DNA of 64,000 nucleotides from Candidatus Latescibacterota bacterium. Lineage in GTDB: Bacteria; Latescibacterota; UBA2968. A model generated the notes under the pieces. That model did not search any database. It was given only the letters and a program-made list of their open reading frames with translations, and was not told where the DNA came from. The stretch spans positions 4,128,001-4,192,000 of the forward strand of contig OZ240241.1 of the NCBI GenBank assembly GCA_965198115.1, read 5' to 3'. This document shows, piece after piece, positions 10,461 through 20,815 of the stretch; positions within the stretch are counted from its first letter, which is position 1, and each line of letters opens with the position of its first letter. The position numbers and the translations under genes were made by a program.

Positions 10461-11570
10461 TCACCACTCTCGTGAATTCGGAACCTCCATCCACTGGCAA
10501 TCGTTGGCGATCGACGCCTGGCTTACCAGTCCCGGCAGGGTCATGTCCATCGCCTCGTGGATCCCGATGGGACAGGCTGTTCCTTCATCGATGCTCTGAA
10601 CGAAGTCCATCACCTCGAAGTAGTCTCCACCTCCGTGGCCGGCTTTCATCGCCTCTTCCGTCGGATCGCGCCACATATCGGGCAAATACTCGGCTTCGAG
10701 CTCCGTCAGGTCCATCCACGCATTCTTGTCCTCGCAAAGACCCTCGAGCCAGATACGATCGGGCTCTCCCTGGGCCCGCGATGACTCGTAGCATCCCTTC
10801 GTGCCCTGAAGCGAGTAGTTGACCATCGAATGTGGGCGTTCAGAGAGCATGTCGACACGAATCTTGATCAACCCGCCGCGCTCGGTCTTGCACAGCATCA
10901 CGCACGTGTCCTGGTTTTCGTAGGCGTCACCGCGTGGGTCCTCGTAGTGGTGGCCACTCCCCTCGCAACACACTCGGACGACGCGGTCACCGGGCATCCA
11001 TTGGAGGATCGGCCCCAGACTGTGCGTGCCATAGGTGACCCCGTCGATCCCGGTCTGCCATTTTCGGCGCCACGTCGTGATCTCGTTCAGCCCTTTCAGT
11101 TCGTGCAAATACTCCCCTTCAGCGTAATACACATCGCCGAACAAGTCCCTCTCGGACAGCGCCCTGACGAGCACACACGGCTTCCGATAGGTATAGTTCT
11201 CGGCCATCATGTAAACGGCGTCCGAAGCTCTGGCCGCCGCGACAAGATCACGACACTCATCCACGGACACGGCCGCCGTCACCTCGCTCATCGCGTGAAC
11301 GCCCTGCTCGAGCGCCTTGATCGCCATGGGCGCGTGAAACGGCATGGGCGTCCCGATCACGACCGCGTCGACATTCGACTTCTCCAGCATCTCGTCGTAG
11401 TCGGTGTAGGACTCTGACGCACCGAGACGCTCAACCGCTTCGGGCAACTCTTCTTCATTCACGTCGCACACGGCGTGAATCCGCGTCAGCGGATGCGTGT
11501 CGAATGCCGCGCGAAAGCTCTTCCCTCGACCCACGGCGCCGACAATGCCGATGTTCAGCTGTTCGGCCAT
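10461..11570 (-). CDS. Gfo/Idh/MocA family oxidoreductase
   Basis: IGIVGAVGRG Rossmann motif, GTPMPFH, SEV, YMMAEN and GHGGGD; start set at MAEQ. Confidence 0.9.
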   Translation of the reverse strand: MAEQLNIGIVGAVGRGKSFRAAFDTHPLTRIHAVCDVNEEELPEAVERLGASESYTDYDEMLEKSNVDAVVIGTPMPFHAPMAIKALEQGVHAMSEVTAAVSVDECRDLVAAARASDAVYMMAENYTYRKPCVLVRALSERDLFGDVYYAEGEYLHELKGLNEITTWRRKWQTGIDGVTYGTHSLGPILQWMPGDRVVRVCCEGSGHHYEDPRGDAYENQDTCVMLCKTERGGLIKIRVDMLSERPHSMVNYSLQGTKGCYESSRAQGEPDRIWLEGLCEDKNAWMDLTELEAEYLPDMWRDPTEEAMKAGHGGGDYFEVMDFVQSIDEGTACPIGIHEAMDMTLPGLVSQASIANDCQWMEVPNSREW

Positions 11571-12208
11571 TCGTCTCCCCAGTGGTGGCCCGGATCCGCA
11601 ACGAAGCTCATCTCTTCTTTTCGGGTTGGATGCACGATACACATCTCTCGTGCGTGCAGCGCAATGGCGTCGCTGCCGAAGGATCGAACAGACCCATAGC
11701 GTCGATCGCCCACGACGGGATGCCTCCGGTGCGCGAACTGAACGCGAATCTGATGATGTCTGCCCGTTTCGAGTGCGATCTCCACCGCGCTGACATCCTC
11801 GTCGAAATGGGTCCTCACAAAACTCAGCCGCGCTTCCTGACCTTCTCCTTCGTTGCCGACCCTCGACGTGCGTTCGTCCCGAACAAGGTAGTCCGTCCAA
11901 GCTCCGCTGTCCTTCGTTTTCCCTTCGACCCGAGCCCAGTAGAGCTTCCGGGTCCGACGTTCCCTGATCTCTTCGGACAGCCTGGCCGCTGCCTTCGACG
12001 TACGTGCCAGCACCACGACGCCCGACGCAGGCCGATCGAGCCGGTGTACCAGAGCGAGGAAGACGTTACCGGGCTTCCCGTGCTTCGCCCTGATCCAGTC
12101 CTTCCCCTCATCCAGCAGCGTCGACCGCCCTGTCTGGTCGCCCTGTACCAGTTGTCCGGCCGGTTTGTTGACGACGAGCAGGTGATTGTCCTCGTATATG
12201 AGATCCAT
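11555..12208 (-). CDS. RluA-family pseudouridine synthase
   Basis: VNKPAG, HRLDRPASG, TGRHHQIR, GD.RYG and LHA motifs. Confidence 0.92.
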   Translation of the reverse strand: MDLIYEDNHLLVVNKPAGQLVQGDQTGRSTLLDEGKDWIRAKHGKPGNVFLALVHRLDRPASGVVVLARTSKAAARLSEEIRERRTRKLYWARVEGKTKDSGAWTDYLVRDERTSRVGNEGEGQEARLSFVRTHFDEDVSAVEIALETGRHHQIRVQFAHRRHPVVGDRRYGSVRSFGSDAIALHAREMCIVHPTRKEEMSFVADPGHHWGDEWPNS

Positions 12209-12309
12209 CTTTGTCTCTAAGACTCACGAGAAACGCGCGCAACCCGTACTGGATGCACTGGCATCCATTTTCCCTGGCCGGAAAAAAGAGTTCTCAAACA
12301 AAGACAGCC

Positions 12310-12492
12310 TGTCATTTCGACACGGTCTGGGGTCCGGGCCAGACTATCCCCCGCAAGGCGCCGGACGATCCGTGGAGAAATCCCTTCGCGACGAAGCTTC
12401 GCTACACGGACAGTTCCTGCAGCATACGCGCAGGGATCTCTCACCCGTGACGAGGGCCTGCTTCGCTGGCGCGAATCGGGTTCGAGATGACA
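12310..12492. repeat. Palindromic REP/MITE-like element
   Basis: Outer IR TGTCATTTCGA...TCGAGATGACA with nested GAGAAATCCC...GGGATCTCTC. Confidence 0.65.
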
Positions 12493-12510
12493 AGCCGCCC
12501 ACTGTCATCC

Positions 12511-13569
12511 TTACGAATCCTTTAGTCGCTCCTTCTGCCAGGTTTTCCTCGTCCCATAGTAGTCGTCGATCGGGCGATGCGGCGACTCATCAGCGTCGGT
12601 CCTCCGCGCATAGAGCAGCACATCCATCCAGCCTTCATCCGTACGAAGCCGATCCGCGAGTCGGGCCTCTTTCCGAAAACCAGCCGTCTCCACGAGTCGG
12701 GTAACGTCGTCATCGCAAGCGGCGATCGAGATCTGGAGCGTACGAATGCGGATCTCGCCGGCCCGTTCGATGGCCATTTGCAGGAGTGCGCCCGTCTCGT
12801 CCTGGTAGGCCGGTGTCACTCGAAAGCTCAACGCAGCCACGTGCTGTTCGTAGAAGGTACCGACCCGTTCGAACGCTGCCGCGCCGACGAGCGCACCGGC
12901 CGGATTCTCCAGCACGACATAGCCACCTCGCCCGTCTTCAATACGTCGCATCAATTTGACGAAATGACTCTCGTATCGCATTCCCGCGTAGGTCTGAGTC
13001 AGCGGGTCTTTCAGCAGCCAGTTCGGTTCAGGATGATTGTAGAGGGCGGACAATCCAGGCAAGTCGCCCCAGTGTGCTGCCCTCACCGTCGCCTGCCCGT
13101 TATGACACCATCGAGTGTCGTCGAAGTCCTCCGCACCGGGGGCCAGATAGCGCATCCCGTCGCCCACGTAGTAGCAGAACCCGTGTCGCTCGTAAAGGTG
13201 ACCGGCGATCGGATTGGTAGTACAGAGATAAAGCGCCTTCCCATCATCCTGTCGAAACCGATCGATTGCAGCTTTCATCAAGCAGGAAGCAATGCCCTTG
13301 TTTCGATGCCGTTCATTCGTAGCGACGAACTCGATGACGCCCACATCTCGTCTGTCGGTTGCCACATAATAGCTCAACGAACCGACGACTTCCCCATCGA
13401 TCTCCCCCACGAAGTAAGGGGTGAACAGCCAATCGACGAATGCACCCCCTAACAGGTCGTCTCGGACGTCGCGCCAACATCCGACCTTGTCCGCATTCGC
13501 GCCGAGCGGTGGTTCGACGGTACAGATCGTCATCTCCTCACCGTTTCTCAGCGTGATGAGCTCAGACAT
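12511..13569 (-). CDS. Tandem-GNAT acetyltransferase
   Basis: VATNERHRNKGIA acetyl-CoA motif and LYERHGF; second GNAT-like half (VTPAYQ...GF). Confidence 0.8.
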   Translation of the reverse strand: MSELITLRNGEEMTICTVEPPLGANADKVGCWRDVRDDLLGGAFVDWLFTPYFVGEIDGEVVGSLSYYVATDRRDVGVIEFVATNERHRNKGIASCLMKAAIDRFRQDDGKALYLCTTNPIAGHLYERHGFCYYVGDGMRYLAPGAEDFDDTRWCHNGQATVRAAHWGDLPGLSALYNHPEPNWLLKDPLTQTYAGMRYESHFVKLMRRIEDGRGGYVVLENPAGALVGAAAFERVGTFYEQHVAALSFRVTPAYQDETGALLQMAIERAGEIRIRTLQISIAACDDDVTRLVETAGFRKEARLADRLRTDEGWMDVLLYARRTDADESPHRPIDDYYGTRKTWQKERLKDS

Positions 13570-13741
13570 GAATGTAGTCCGTTGTGAAGTGAATTTTACC
13601 GATCCCCAAGTTGACCAACGCCCAGTATAGTCTGTCCACTGGGGATAGGCAGCAACAAAACGCCCCCTCCTGTAAAAGGGAGGGGGCATTGTCATTCGAC
13701 GTGGATCAATCTCGGCCGCCGCAGTCACATTGTCCTGACAC

Positions 13742-15010
13742 TCACTCCTCAGCAATACAGTAGAGGTGTGTGTAAGTCCTTAAGAAGAGTTCGTTATCGA
13801 CAATCACGGGAGATGCCGAGATCCCCTGATCGAGCACGTTGGCGGCCATAATCTCGAACATCGGGCTATTCTTGACCGTAAGGGTGGTGCCATTCCGGCC
13901 AGGAACATAGAAATGATTCTTCGTTCCAGTCAGCGAAGCGTACACGTGACCGACCCCTCTGGGCAGCCGCTCGGGTCCATAAATCTGCTCTCCCGTCTTG
14001 GCATTGTAACTGGACAGGATGCCTTCCCGGCCCTTGACGAAGAACATGCGGTCTCCGTAGAGGATTGGGGATGAAACATACGGAGTATTCCTACTAATCG
14101 ACCAGAGAACGGCATCGGTACCCGTGATGTCGCCTTTCGCCTTGTCCAAAAGAATCGCCTGCATAGCCGACCCGCTGTGGCCACTGGTCACATAAACAAT
14201 TCCATCTGCGTGAATCGGCGTGGGAACCACGAGTGCGCCCAGACCTGCGCATTCCCAGATCAGCTTTCCCGTAGCAAGGTCGTAGCTTCGAGTCTTCCCC
14301 GTCGCGGGAACGACCACGTGATTGACGCCTTTGTGCTCGATCACCGCCGGTGACACCCACGTTGTCTTTTCGTCCCGAGACGTTCGCCAGAGTTCCTTCC
14401 CCGTGCGCTTGTCGAGTGCAACGATGAAAGAGCTTCCCTCGTGGTCCCAATTCACCACCATCCTGTTGCCGTGAATCGTCGGAGTGCTGCCCTCGCCAAA
14501 GTTGTTGTGGGTCTGCATCTCGCCCAGGTCTTTCTCCCACTTGATCTTACCATCGAAATCCAGGCAGTAGAGACCCATCGATCCGAAATTCGCATACAGA
14601 TGCTCGCCATCGGTCAGACCCGAGATGTTGACCTGGGTAGAGGTGTCGTGCTCAACCTGGGCCTGCGTCGCTTCGCGAAGAACCTTTTCCCAGACGGGCT
14701 TCCCGGTCTTGCGGTCGATTGCCAGCAACTTGAATTGGTAAACCGCTGCGCTTTCCTCGCTTTTCGGCCTTACTTCTTCGGCGGTCTGCACGTAGATCCG
14801 ATTGTCCCACATAATAGGTGTAGCGTGACCCGTTCCCGGAATCGCCGTCTTCCACCGGATGTTCTTGCTCTCACTCCACTCGACGGGTGGGTTTCCTTCA
14901 GCGCGACCGTTTCCGTTCGGGCCCCTCCATCGGGGCCACTGCGATGCCTGGAGTGGGGCCACAACCATGAACGTGAAAGCAATCGTCAAAAATGTGCACC
15001 GTAATCGCAT
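13742..15010 (-). CDS. Secreted PQQ-like beta-propeller repeat protein
   Basis: Signal peptide, WPRWRGP and repeated A.D..TGK..W motifs. Confidence 0.88.
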   Translation of the reverse strand: MRLRCTFLTIAFTFMVVAPLQASQWPRWRGPNGNGRAEGNPPVEWSESKNIRWKTAIPGTGHATPIMWDNRIYVQTAEEVRPKSEESAAVYQFKLLAIDRKTGKPVWEKVLREATQAQVEHDTSTQVNISGLTDGEHLYANFGSMGLYCLDFDGKIKWEKDLGEMQTHNNFGEGSTPTIHGNRMVVNWDHEGSSFIVALDKRTGKELWRTSRDEKTTWVSPAVIEHKGVNHVVVPATGKTRSYDLATGKLIWECAGLGALVVPTPIHADGIVYVTSGHSGSAMQAILLDKAKGDITGTDAVLWSISRNTPYVSSPILYGDRMFFVKGREGILSSYNAKTGEQIYGPERLPRGVGHVYASLTGTKNHFYVPGRNGTTLTVKNSPMFEIMAANVLDQGISASPVIVDNELFLRTYTHLYCIAEE

Positions 15011-15396
15011 CTGTTCTCCTAATCTAATTGGTTTCGCAACAGTCAACCGGCTACAGACTCAAGGTACGGAAACCCAACACATACTCAACCCTGCAGTTGA
15101 GAGAGTCTCCGCTTCCAGGTCTCACGCTCCGCAAGATCAACGGGCGTAAACGCCCCATCACGGATCGTGTCGACCATCTTGGGTCTGACATAAAGTGGCA
15201 GCCATATCCGGCTCCGTGATCAATCCGAGTTCGCGCCCATTCGCCAGGTCATCCAGATCCATCACGAAATGTGTGACACCATCCGCCCTGACGATCACGT
15301 CGGCGAAGTGATCGGTAAACACCCAGGCGTCGAGACGTAAACCGTCGATCCTATGTGGACATACCAGGGCCAACCGGGTTCTCGATCGTGTGCTCA

Positions 15397-16160
15397 TCAG
15401 TATAGATCAGGTAGCCCTTCTTCCGGTTGGGCACTCGATCTGAATCCATCCAGACATCCCGGCGACTCCCACTTCCCGTCAAGCTGGAGAGCCCGGACAC
15501 TCCTACTACGGAAGTGTGCTGGAGCAGGGCATTTTCGGAGCACATCGTAGGACACGTCAAACCGCTCTACGTTGATCAGGTCTTTCTGGTTAAAGCCCAG
15601 ATCCGTTTCGATCGTGTGATTTACCTGCAGGTAGGACAGCAAGGTGGTCGTGACGAAAATGAATGAGAAAACGAACTGTGTGATGATCAGCGTTTTGCGC
15701 AGTGCGAAGCGTTTGTTTTCCAGGGCCACAGTGCCTTTGATCACTTGAGAGCGTACCGTCGCCGACATTACCAACGCGGGATAAACCCCGGCCAGGAGAC
15801 CAACAAGGACACCGAACACACCGAAAATCGCCCCGAGTTCGACATCCTGCGGCTCCACAACGACTCGCGCCCTCATCGATTGGATCGACCAGAGGTTATT
15901 GAACGCGTCGAGGAGCCAGCCGAACACCATACCGCCGAAAACCAGAGCAGCCAACGACACCACGACCGATTCGGTCAAGAACTGCATTCGAATCTGTCGA
16001 CGCGCTGCGCCAACCACCTGACACACACCGACCTCCCTGGCTCGCTGCATCGAACGCGCAACGGAGAACCCCACGTAATTGAAGCGACGATGCTGATGAC
16101 CGAGAAACTTCGATGACGTGCCAAATTTCGAAGGGCGGTGGTGACGTAGTTCTTGAACAT
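15397..16160 (-). pseudogene. MacB/FtsX-type ABC permease remnant
   Basis: N-terminus MFKNYVTTALRNLARH jumps out of frame to RAREVG...VVGA.R.QI..QFLTES and LRKTLIITQF...DLGF, then degenerates. Confidence 0.8.
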
Positions 16161-16340
16161 CAGATTCCTCGATGTCGGGCGTAGAGTCCTCACGACTGAA
16201 AACGTCTCAGATCTGCTACCTACCGCTTTGCGATCCCCGTGCCAGCGAGGAATGGGCCTCCTGATGCGCATTCCGCCTCCCGGAACGTCGATCGACCGTC
16301 CGAACCTGAACACTGCTGTCCCATTTCCGAACAGTACGCG

Positions 16341-16367
16341 AAAAGGCCCACCGCTATGGGTGGGCCT
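16341..16367 (-). terminator. Intrinsic terminator candidate
   Basis: AGGCCCACC/GGTGGGCCT stem followed by a T-run on the minus strand. Confidence 0.6.
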
Positions 16368-16397
16368 ATCTGCTAATCGGGCGATCGTCTTCCGAGC

Positions 16398-17075
16398 TCA
16401 GCCCGTTGCTTCGTCTCGGTCAACCCAGCCGTCGAGAAGGTGTATGATCCGCCTCCCATAACCCGCGTTCTTCTCCGAGTGCGTGCACTGAATGATCGTG
16501 ACACCCTCTTTGTTCAGCTCCGTGAACCGCTCCATGATCTCCGTGCCCTGCTCGGAGTTGAGGTTACCCGTCGGTTCGTCCGCCAGGATGAGCTTAGGTT
16601 TGATGATCAGCGCCCTCGCGACACCCACGAGCTGTTGCTGTCCGCCGGAGAGCTGGTTGGGGAAGAGGTCTTTCTTGGCCACGATCCCGAATCGATCCAG
16701 CATCTCCGCGACACGTCCTCGTCGTTTGCTCCCCTTGACCTTCTGGTAGAGAAGGGGCGTTTCGAGATTTTCGGCGATCGTCAATTCGTCGATCAGATGA
16801 TAGCTCTGGAACACGAATCCAATATGATCGCGATGGAGCTCCGTTCGTTTCCGTTCGTTCATCTTCTGGACAGGTTGATCGTAGAAAGTGTATGTCCCGT
16901 TGGAGGGTGTATCGAGCATACCCAGAATGTGGAGCAGCGTCGACTTGCCCGCGCCCGACGGCCCCATAATCGACACGAACTCGCCTTCATCGATCTCCAG
17001 ATTGATCTCCCGAAGCACGAACGTCTTGATGAACTTGTTCGAGTAGTGCTTTTCGATTCCATCCAGCTTGATCAT
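16398..17075 (-). CDS. ABC ATP-binding protein (LolD/MacB type)
   Basis: [15 protein letters not shown] and ADEPTGNL motifs. Confidence 0.95.
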   Translation of the reverse strand: MIKLDGIEKHYSNKFIKTFVLREINLEIDEGEFVSIMGPSGAGKSTLLHILGMLDTPSNGTYTFYDQPVQKMNERKRTELHRDHIGFVFQSYHLIDELTIAENLETPLLYQKVKGSKRRGRVAEMLDRFGIVAKKDLFPNQLSGGQQQLVGVARALIIKPKLILADEPTGNLNSEQGTEIMERFTELNKEGVTIIQCTHSEKNAGYGRRIIHLLDGWVDRDEATG

Positions 17076-17341
17076 CGCGCGACCTCCTGAACCTGTTGGA
17101 ACATCACGGGGATCTCACGCTCCGTCGGCGCCCCGATCTGGACTAGCCGCCAGCCCTCTTCGTACCCCTCGATCATCCTCTTCAGAACCAGCGCACGCTC
17201 CTCCCCCGGATGTGCTTCGCGCTGCCAGTCGAAGATGTCGATTCGGTAGGTCATGGTCCGCTTCTCACCATTGACCGTCAATTCGACTTCGATCGTGTCA
17301 TCTGCATCCACAGCCGGCAATTCGATCTTAACCTTTGGCAT
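17072..17341 (-). CDS. Small hypothetical protein between two ABC ATPases
   Basis: 89 aa; stop overlaps the next start (ATGA); SD-like sequence upstream. Confidence 0.65.
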   Translation of the reverse strand: MPKVKIELPAVDADDTIEVELTVNGEKRTMTYRIDIFDWQREAHPGEERALVLKRMIEGYEEGWRLVQIGAPTEREIPVMFQQVQEVAR

Positions 17342-17467
17342 ATGGCCCCCGCGATCCGTTTATCGTTGTCCGTCTTCCGGTTCCCGGATAACGGATAACG
17401 GTTCTCGTTCCACCAGCTCTCAACGTGACCACAACAGACGTCATCCCCACGACGCCCGGTAGCTATG

Positions 17468-18157
17468 CTAGACGTGGAACTCTTCTTGCGCCCCTTCTGT
17501 AACCACCCGACCGTCGAACAAGTGGATCACGCGGTGGGCATAGCCCGAATCGTGTGTCGAGTGCGTGACCATCACGATCGTCGTCCCGTTCTTGTTCAGC
17601 TCGGTCAGAAGATCCATCACTTCGGTACCGTGCGCGGAATCCAGGTTACCCGTCGGCTCGTCAGCCAGAATCAGCTTCGGTCGCGAAACAACGGCGCGGG
17701 CAACGGCCACACGCTGCTGCTGACCGCCCGAGAGCTGTTGCGGGAAGTGCTTTTGACGATGTGCGATCGCCATGTACTCGAGCACGTCGTTCACTCGCTC
17801 TTTCCGTTCCGAAGAGGATACGCCTTGGTACAACAGAGGCAACTCGACGTTCTCGTAGACGGTTAGCTCGTCGATCAGGTTGAAGCTCTGGAAAACGAAC
17901 CCGATGTTGTGCTTACGGAGATTCGCCCTCTGCCGTTCGTTGTAGCCCGACACTTCCTCCTCGTTGAAGAAGTATTCTCCCCCGCTCGGCTTATCCAGCA
18001 GGCCTAAAACGTTCAACAAAGTCGACTTTCCACATCCGGAGGGGCCCATGATGGCCACAAACTCTTCCTCATTGATATCGACACTTACGTTGTTGAGCGC
18101 TGCGGTCTCGACCTCCTCTGTGGTGTAGACCTTAGCGAGCTCCTTCGTCTGAATCAT
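17468..18157 (-). CDS. ABC ATP-binding protein (LolD/MacB type)
   Basis: GPSGCGKS, LSGGQQQR and ADEPTGNLD motifs. Confidence 0.95.
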   Translation of the reverse strand: MIQTKELAKVYTTEEVETAALNNVSVDINEEEFVAIMGPSGCGKSTLLNVLGLLDKPSGGEYFFNEEEVSGYNERQRANLRKHNIGFVFQSFNLIDELTVYENVELPLLYQGVSSSERKERVNDVLEYMAIAHRQKHFPQQLSGGQQQRVAVARAVVSRPKLILADEPTGNLDSAHGTEVMDLLTELNKNGTTIVMVTHSTHDSGYAHRVIHLFDGRVVTEGAQEEFHV

Positions 18158-18224
18158 CAGCTAAGCCTCCGTTTCCGTTGAATACCGGCCGTCAGTTGAC
18201 GACCGGACCGATCTCCTCCGCACT

Positions 18225-19628
18225 TCACTTCAATACGAGTTTTTCAATTTCCTCGTAGTTTTCGTACGAAGACGTCACGACACGCTCTCCAGGTCTCAGC
18301 CCATCCAGAACCTCGAAAAACTCCGGGTTCTGACGGCCGATTCGAACGTCGCGGCGGACGGCTTCGCCTTCGGTTTCGATCACGAAGACCCAGTTTCCGC
18401 CCGTGGTCTGGTAGAATCCGCCACGCTCGAGCAGGAGGGCCTCTTCGAGATCCCCCAGCGCGAGCCGTATCTGTAGGGTTTGACCCCGCCGGATGTCGTC
18501 AGGTGTCGCCGAAGTAAAGGTCATGTCGACGACGAATCGTCCTTCGAGCACTTCGGGAAATACGCGGCGAATAGTAAGCTCGAAGGGTTTTCCAGCCAGA
18601 TCGAATGTACCGGTCTGCCCCGCGTTGATCCGAGTAATGTAGAATTCATCGATCTGGGCGCGAACTCGAAACCCGTCCAGCACGTCCACCTGCCCGAACC
18701 TCACCCCCTTGATTTTCTGCTCCCCGATCTCCGCGTTCAGCGACGTCAGCTGACCCGTCACGGGAGCGCGAAGGGTGAGATTGTTCAGGCTCCTCTTGGC
18801 CGCTTCCAAATTGAAGGTCAACCGGGTTTGTGCATTCTCTAATTGCGCGAGTTGGGTCTTGCGCGAAAGGGAATCCTGGCGCACAGTCTCACGCATGAAC
18901 TCCAGTCGCCGCTCCCAGTAGTTGAAATCATCCTTTTCCGATTGGAAGGCCCGATCGGATAGAATAAGCCGCTTGTGCAACTCCTCATCCACCTGGAAAT
19001 CCCGCTTTCGCCTCAGAACGGTCTGTTCCAATTCGAGAAGCTGCTGCTGCCGCGAAATAGTTTGCTGAGCCAGGGTGATGCGTGTGTTTTCGAAATTGTT
19101 GACCTGCTCGTAGAAGAGCGCCTCCTGGTCCATCACCTTGAGCTCGAGTTCCGGGTTCGTGAGCTTCAGGATCGGGTCCCCCTTCTGAACCATCGCGCCG
19201 GCCTCCAGGTAAACCGCCTCGACGCGACCATTCTCCTGCGCGTCGAGAAAGATGGTCTGGATCGGCAGGACCTCGCCGCGAACGGGAATGAATTCCTGGA
19301 ACGGACCCCGCTCGACCGTCGAAATCGTGATACGCTCCGTCTGGACGTTGAGACGCGTACTGTGGTCCCCGAAAATCAGCTGGTAGACGACGGCACCCCC
19401 GAACAAGGCACCTGCCCCTACCGTCGCAATCCTGCGAGGCGGCCACTTCCGCCTGGCAACAATCCGATCCATCCCCTGACGAGGGGCATTTTCCTTCGTC
19501 GGAAGCGGGATCTCCTTGCCACGATCCGCATCCTCGTTCGTTGATGTGCCGGCAACCCGAGCCGCCAGCGACTGGCGACGTTTGGATTCGTCCTGTGAGT
19601 CGGTGTCTTTGGGTCCACCGTCCAGCAT
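18225..19628 (-). CDS. Efflux periplasmic adaptor subunit (MacA/HlyD family)
   Basis: TM anchor, G.V..V....G.MVQKGD lipoyl half-motif, coiled coil, RAPVTG and GLRPGERV. Confidence 0.9.
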   Translation of the reverse strand: MLDGGPKDTDSQDESKRRQSLAARVAGTSTNEDADRGKEIPLPTKENAPRQGMDRIVARRKWPPRRIATVGAGALFGGAVVYQLIFGDHSTRLNVQTERITISTVERGPFQEFIPVRGEVLPIQTIFLDAQENGRVEAVYLEAGAMVQKGDPILKLTNPELELKVMDQEALFYEQVNNFENTRITLAQQTISRQQQLLELEQTVLRRKRDFQVDEELHKRLILSDRAFQSEKDDFNYWERRLEFMRETVRQDSLSRKTQLAQLENAQTRLTFNLEAAKRSLNNLTLRAPVTGQLTSLNAEIGEQKIKGVRFGQVDVLDGFRVRAQIDEFYITRINAGQTGTFDLAGKPFELTIRRVFPEVLEGRFVVDMTFTSATPDDIRRGQTLQIRLALGDLEEALLLERGGFYQTTGGNWVFVIETEGEAVRRDVRIGRQNPEFFEVLDGLRPGERVVTSSYENYEEIEKLVLK

Positions 19629-20176
19629 CAGATGACAAGATCCTCTTCCAAATGTGCAAGATCCGTGCGAAGTCGCTTCCGACCCCGTTGCAACCAGATC
19701 TTCAACGTTCCGATCGGCACGTCCAGCGATCGCGTAATTTCCTCATACGACCATTCACGAATGTAATGTAACCATAAAGCCCGCCGGTAGTTGGTGGGAA
19801 GATGTAGAACCTTCGCGCGTAGCCTGCGCCGGCTATCCCGGCGCGAAAGATCGTGGCCGGGGTTGGGCGTCCCTGGCATCACGTCCAGGATCGGCTCGCG
19901 CTCCAAACGTTCCTGGTTCGCTTCTCTCGTTTTGCGTTGCCGCAAATGAGACGCGCTCACGTTGATGGCGATCCGCGTCAACCAGGTCGAAAACGTCGCA
20001 TCCTGGCGAAACCTGGGCAATGCCCGAAAGGCCTTGATGAACGTCATCTGGACAAGGTCCTCGACATCGTCGTGGTCCCGAACGGCGCGGGAAACCTGGG
20101 CCAGCACTCTGTGGCAATTAACGCGGTAGAGTTCAAAGAAGGCCGACTGATCTCTCCTGAGAGCATCGTGAATCAA
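19628..20176 (-). CDS. ECF RNA polymerase sigma factor
   Basis: EDLVQMTFIKA, FSTWLTRIAIN and SYEEI...GTLK..L.RG motifs. Confidence 0.85.
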   Translation of the reverse strand: MIHDALRRDQSAFFELYRVNCHRVLAQVSRAVRDHDDVEDLVQMTFIKAFRALPRFRQDATFSTWLTRIAINVSASHLRQRKTREANQERLEREPILDVMPGTPNPGHDLSRRDSRRRLRAKVLHLPTNYRRALWLHYIREWSYEEITRSLDVPIGTLKIWLQRGRKRLRTDLAHLEEDLVI

Positions 20177-20254
20177 GGTGGGGCTCAGAAGCTTCGGAAT
20201 TCAAGGGCGTCCTCCGGTCGCGGATAGGGTCTTTGTCTGCGTCGAAACCGAGCT

Positions 20255-20720
20255 GTGCGACTGGCGGCCAACCCGGAGATTCGGCCAGAACAGGGGAACA
20301 TTCTGGTCGTGGACGATGACGAAGACGTCCTGCTCGCTACGCGTCTTCTGTTGAAACCACGCGTCGAGCAGATCCATACAGAACCGGAAAACATCTCCGC
20401 CAGACTCGAAGCAACGACGTATGACGTCATCCTGCTCGACATGAACTTTTCGCAGGATGCCACCTCCGGACGCGAGGGGTTCACCTGGCTGGGACGCATT
20501 CTGGAGCAGGATCCGTCAGCCGTCGTCGTGCTCATCACGGCCTTCGGTGGAGTCGAGACCGCGGTCGAGGCCATCGACAGAGAGCAACAGACTTCGTGCT
20601 CAAACCCTGGCAGAACGAAAAGCTCCTGGCCACGCTGTCGGCCGCGGCGAGGCTGAGGGCATCGCGACAGGAGGTTTCGGACCTTCGCTCTCGCCAGAAA
20701 GGCCTGACCCACACCCTCGA
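20255..20720 (+). pseudogene. NtrC-type response regulator remnant (receiver only, frameshifted)
   Basis: ILVVDDD and LLDMNF...SGREG; frameshift near 20580 before ATDFVLKPWQNEKL; no AAA+ domain follows. Confidence 0.8.
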
Positions 20721-20815
20721 TCGAACGGGAAACGGCCTGCTCGGCCACACCCGGCGGAGGCTCCAGCTGGTCCCCCCATCTCTCTCATCTGACCTTCGTG
20801 CCCACGGGTTGGTTT

